From Phoronis australis (lineage: Eukaryota > Animalia > Phoronida), in the NCBI GenBank assembly GCA_002633005.1, contig NMRA01000288.1, forward strand, positions 136,300-200,299: a stretch of DNA of 64,000 bases, read 5' to 3'. How positions within the stretch are numbered: the stretch's first letter is position 1; each line of letters opens with the position of its first letter. Below are positions 63,764-64,000 of this stretch, one piece after another. The notes under the pieces are model-generated. The model was not told the DNA's origin. It was given only the letters and a program-made list of their open reading frames with translations, and did no database searches. The translations under genes and the position numbers were made by a program.

Positions 63764-64000
63764 GTACCTGCACAAGATTTTAAAAAAAGGAATATTCATA
63801 TTTTATTTCCAAGCGTGGCCTACGACATAGCGAATATAGGCCTACTTTAAGCTGAGAAGAAAAATGGTAATGCTGTAAAAGTTATATTTTTGAGTGTAGT
63901 TGCATGGTTTACGTTTCCAGCGCGTCAGTAAAATATATGGAGATTATGTACATATAGTAAGTAACGTACTACCAGATTAGTATTATGCAGTAATGCACTT

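Overview
AT-rich eukaryotic (animal, probably marine invertebrate/lophotrochozoan-like) genomic scaffold with N gaps. The main content is a head-to-tail + strand tandem array of four paralogous, seven-coding-exon genes: A (3' end only), B (complete), C (complete) and D (last exon beyond the window). Each encodes a type-I membrane protein: signal peptide, IgGFc-binding-protein N-terminal-like domain, DG-x-DNDCDGKIDE acidic metal-binding-like motif, Thr/Ser/Pro mucin stalk of very different length (>680, ~50 and ~120 aa), a transmembrane helix with a Cys cluster, a basic stop-transfer, and a conserved tail (QDDWLYSR...hydrophobic C-terminus). I rebuilt the exon/intron structures by eye from GT-AG sites and paralog comparison, including a 58-nt signal-peptide exon absent from the ORF track. 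Spacers and introns hold a fibrinogen-domain pseudo-exon, decayed LINEs (L1/Tx1-like, RTE-X/CR1-like), a Penelope-like GIY-YIG fragment, AcademH-like (transposase + RecQ helicase) and AcademX-like relics, TTAA- and TTA-target non-autonomous DNA transposons, palindrome-headed repeats and tandem repeats. Two near-identical duplications flanking single Ns look like assembly artefacts. Family names come from motif recognition only; no database search was run.
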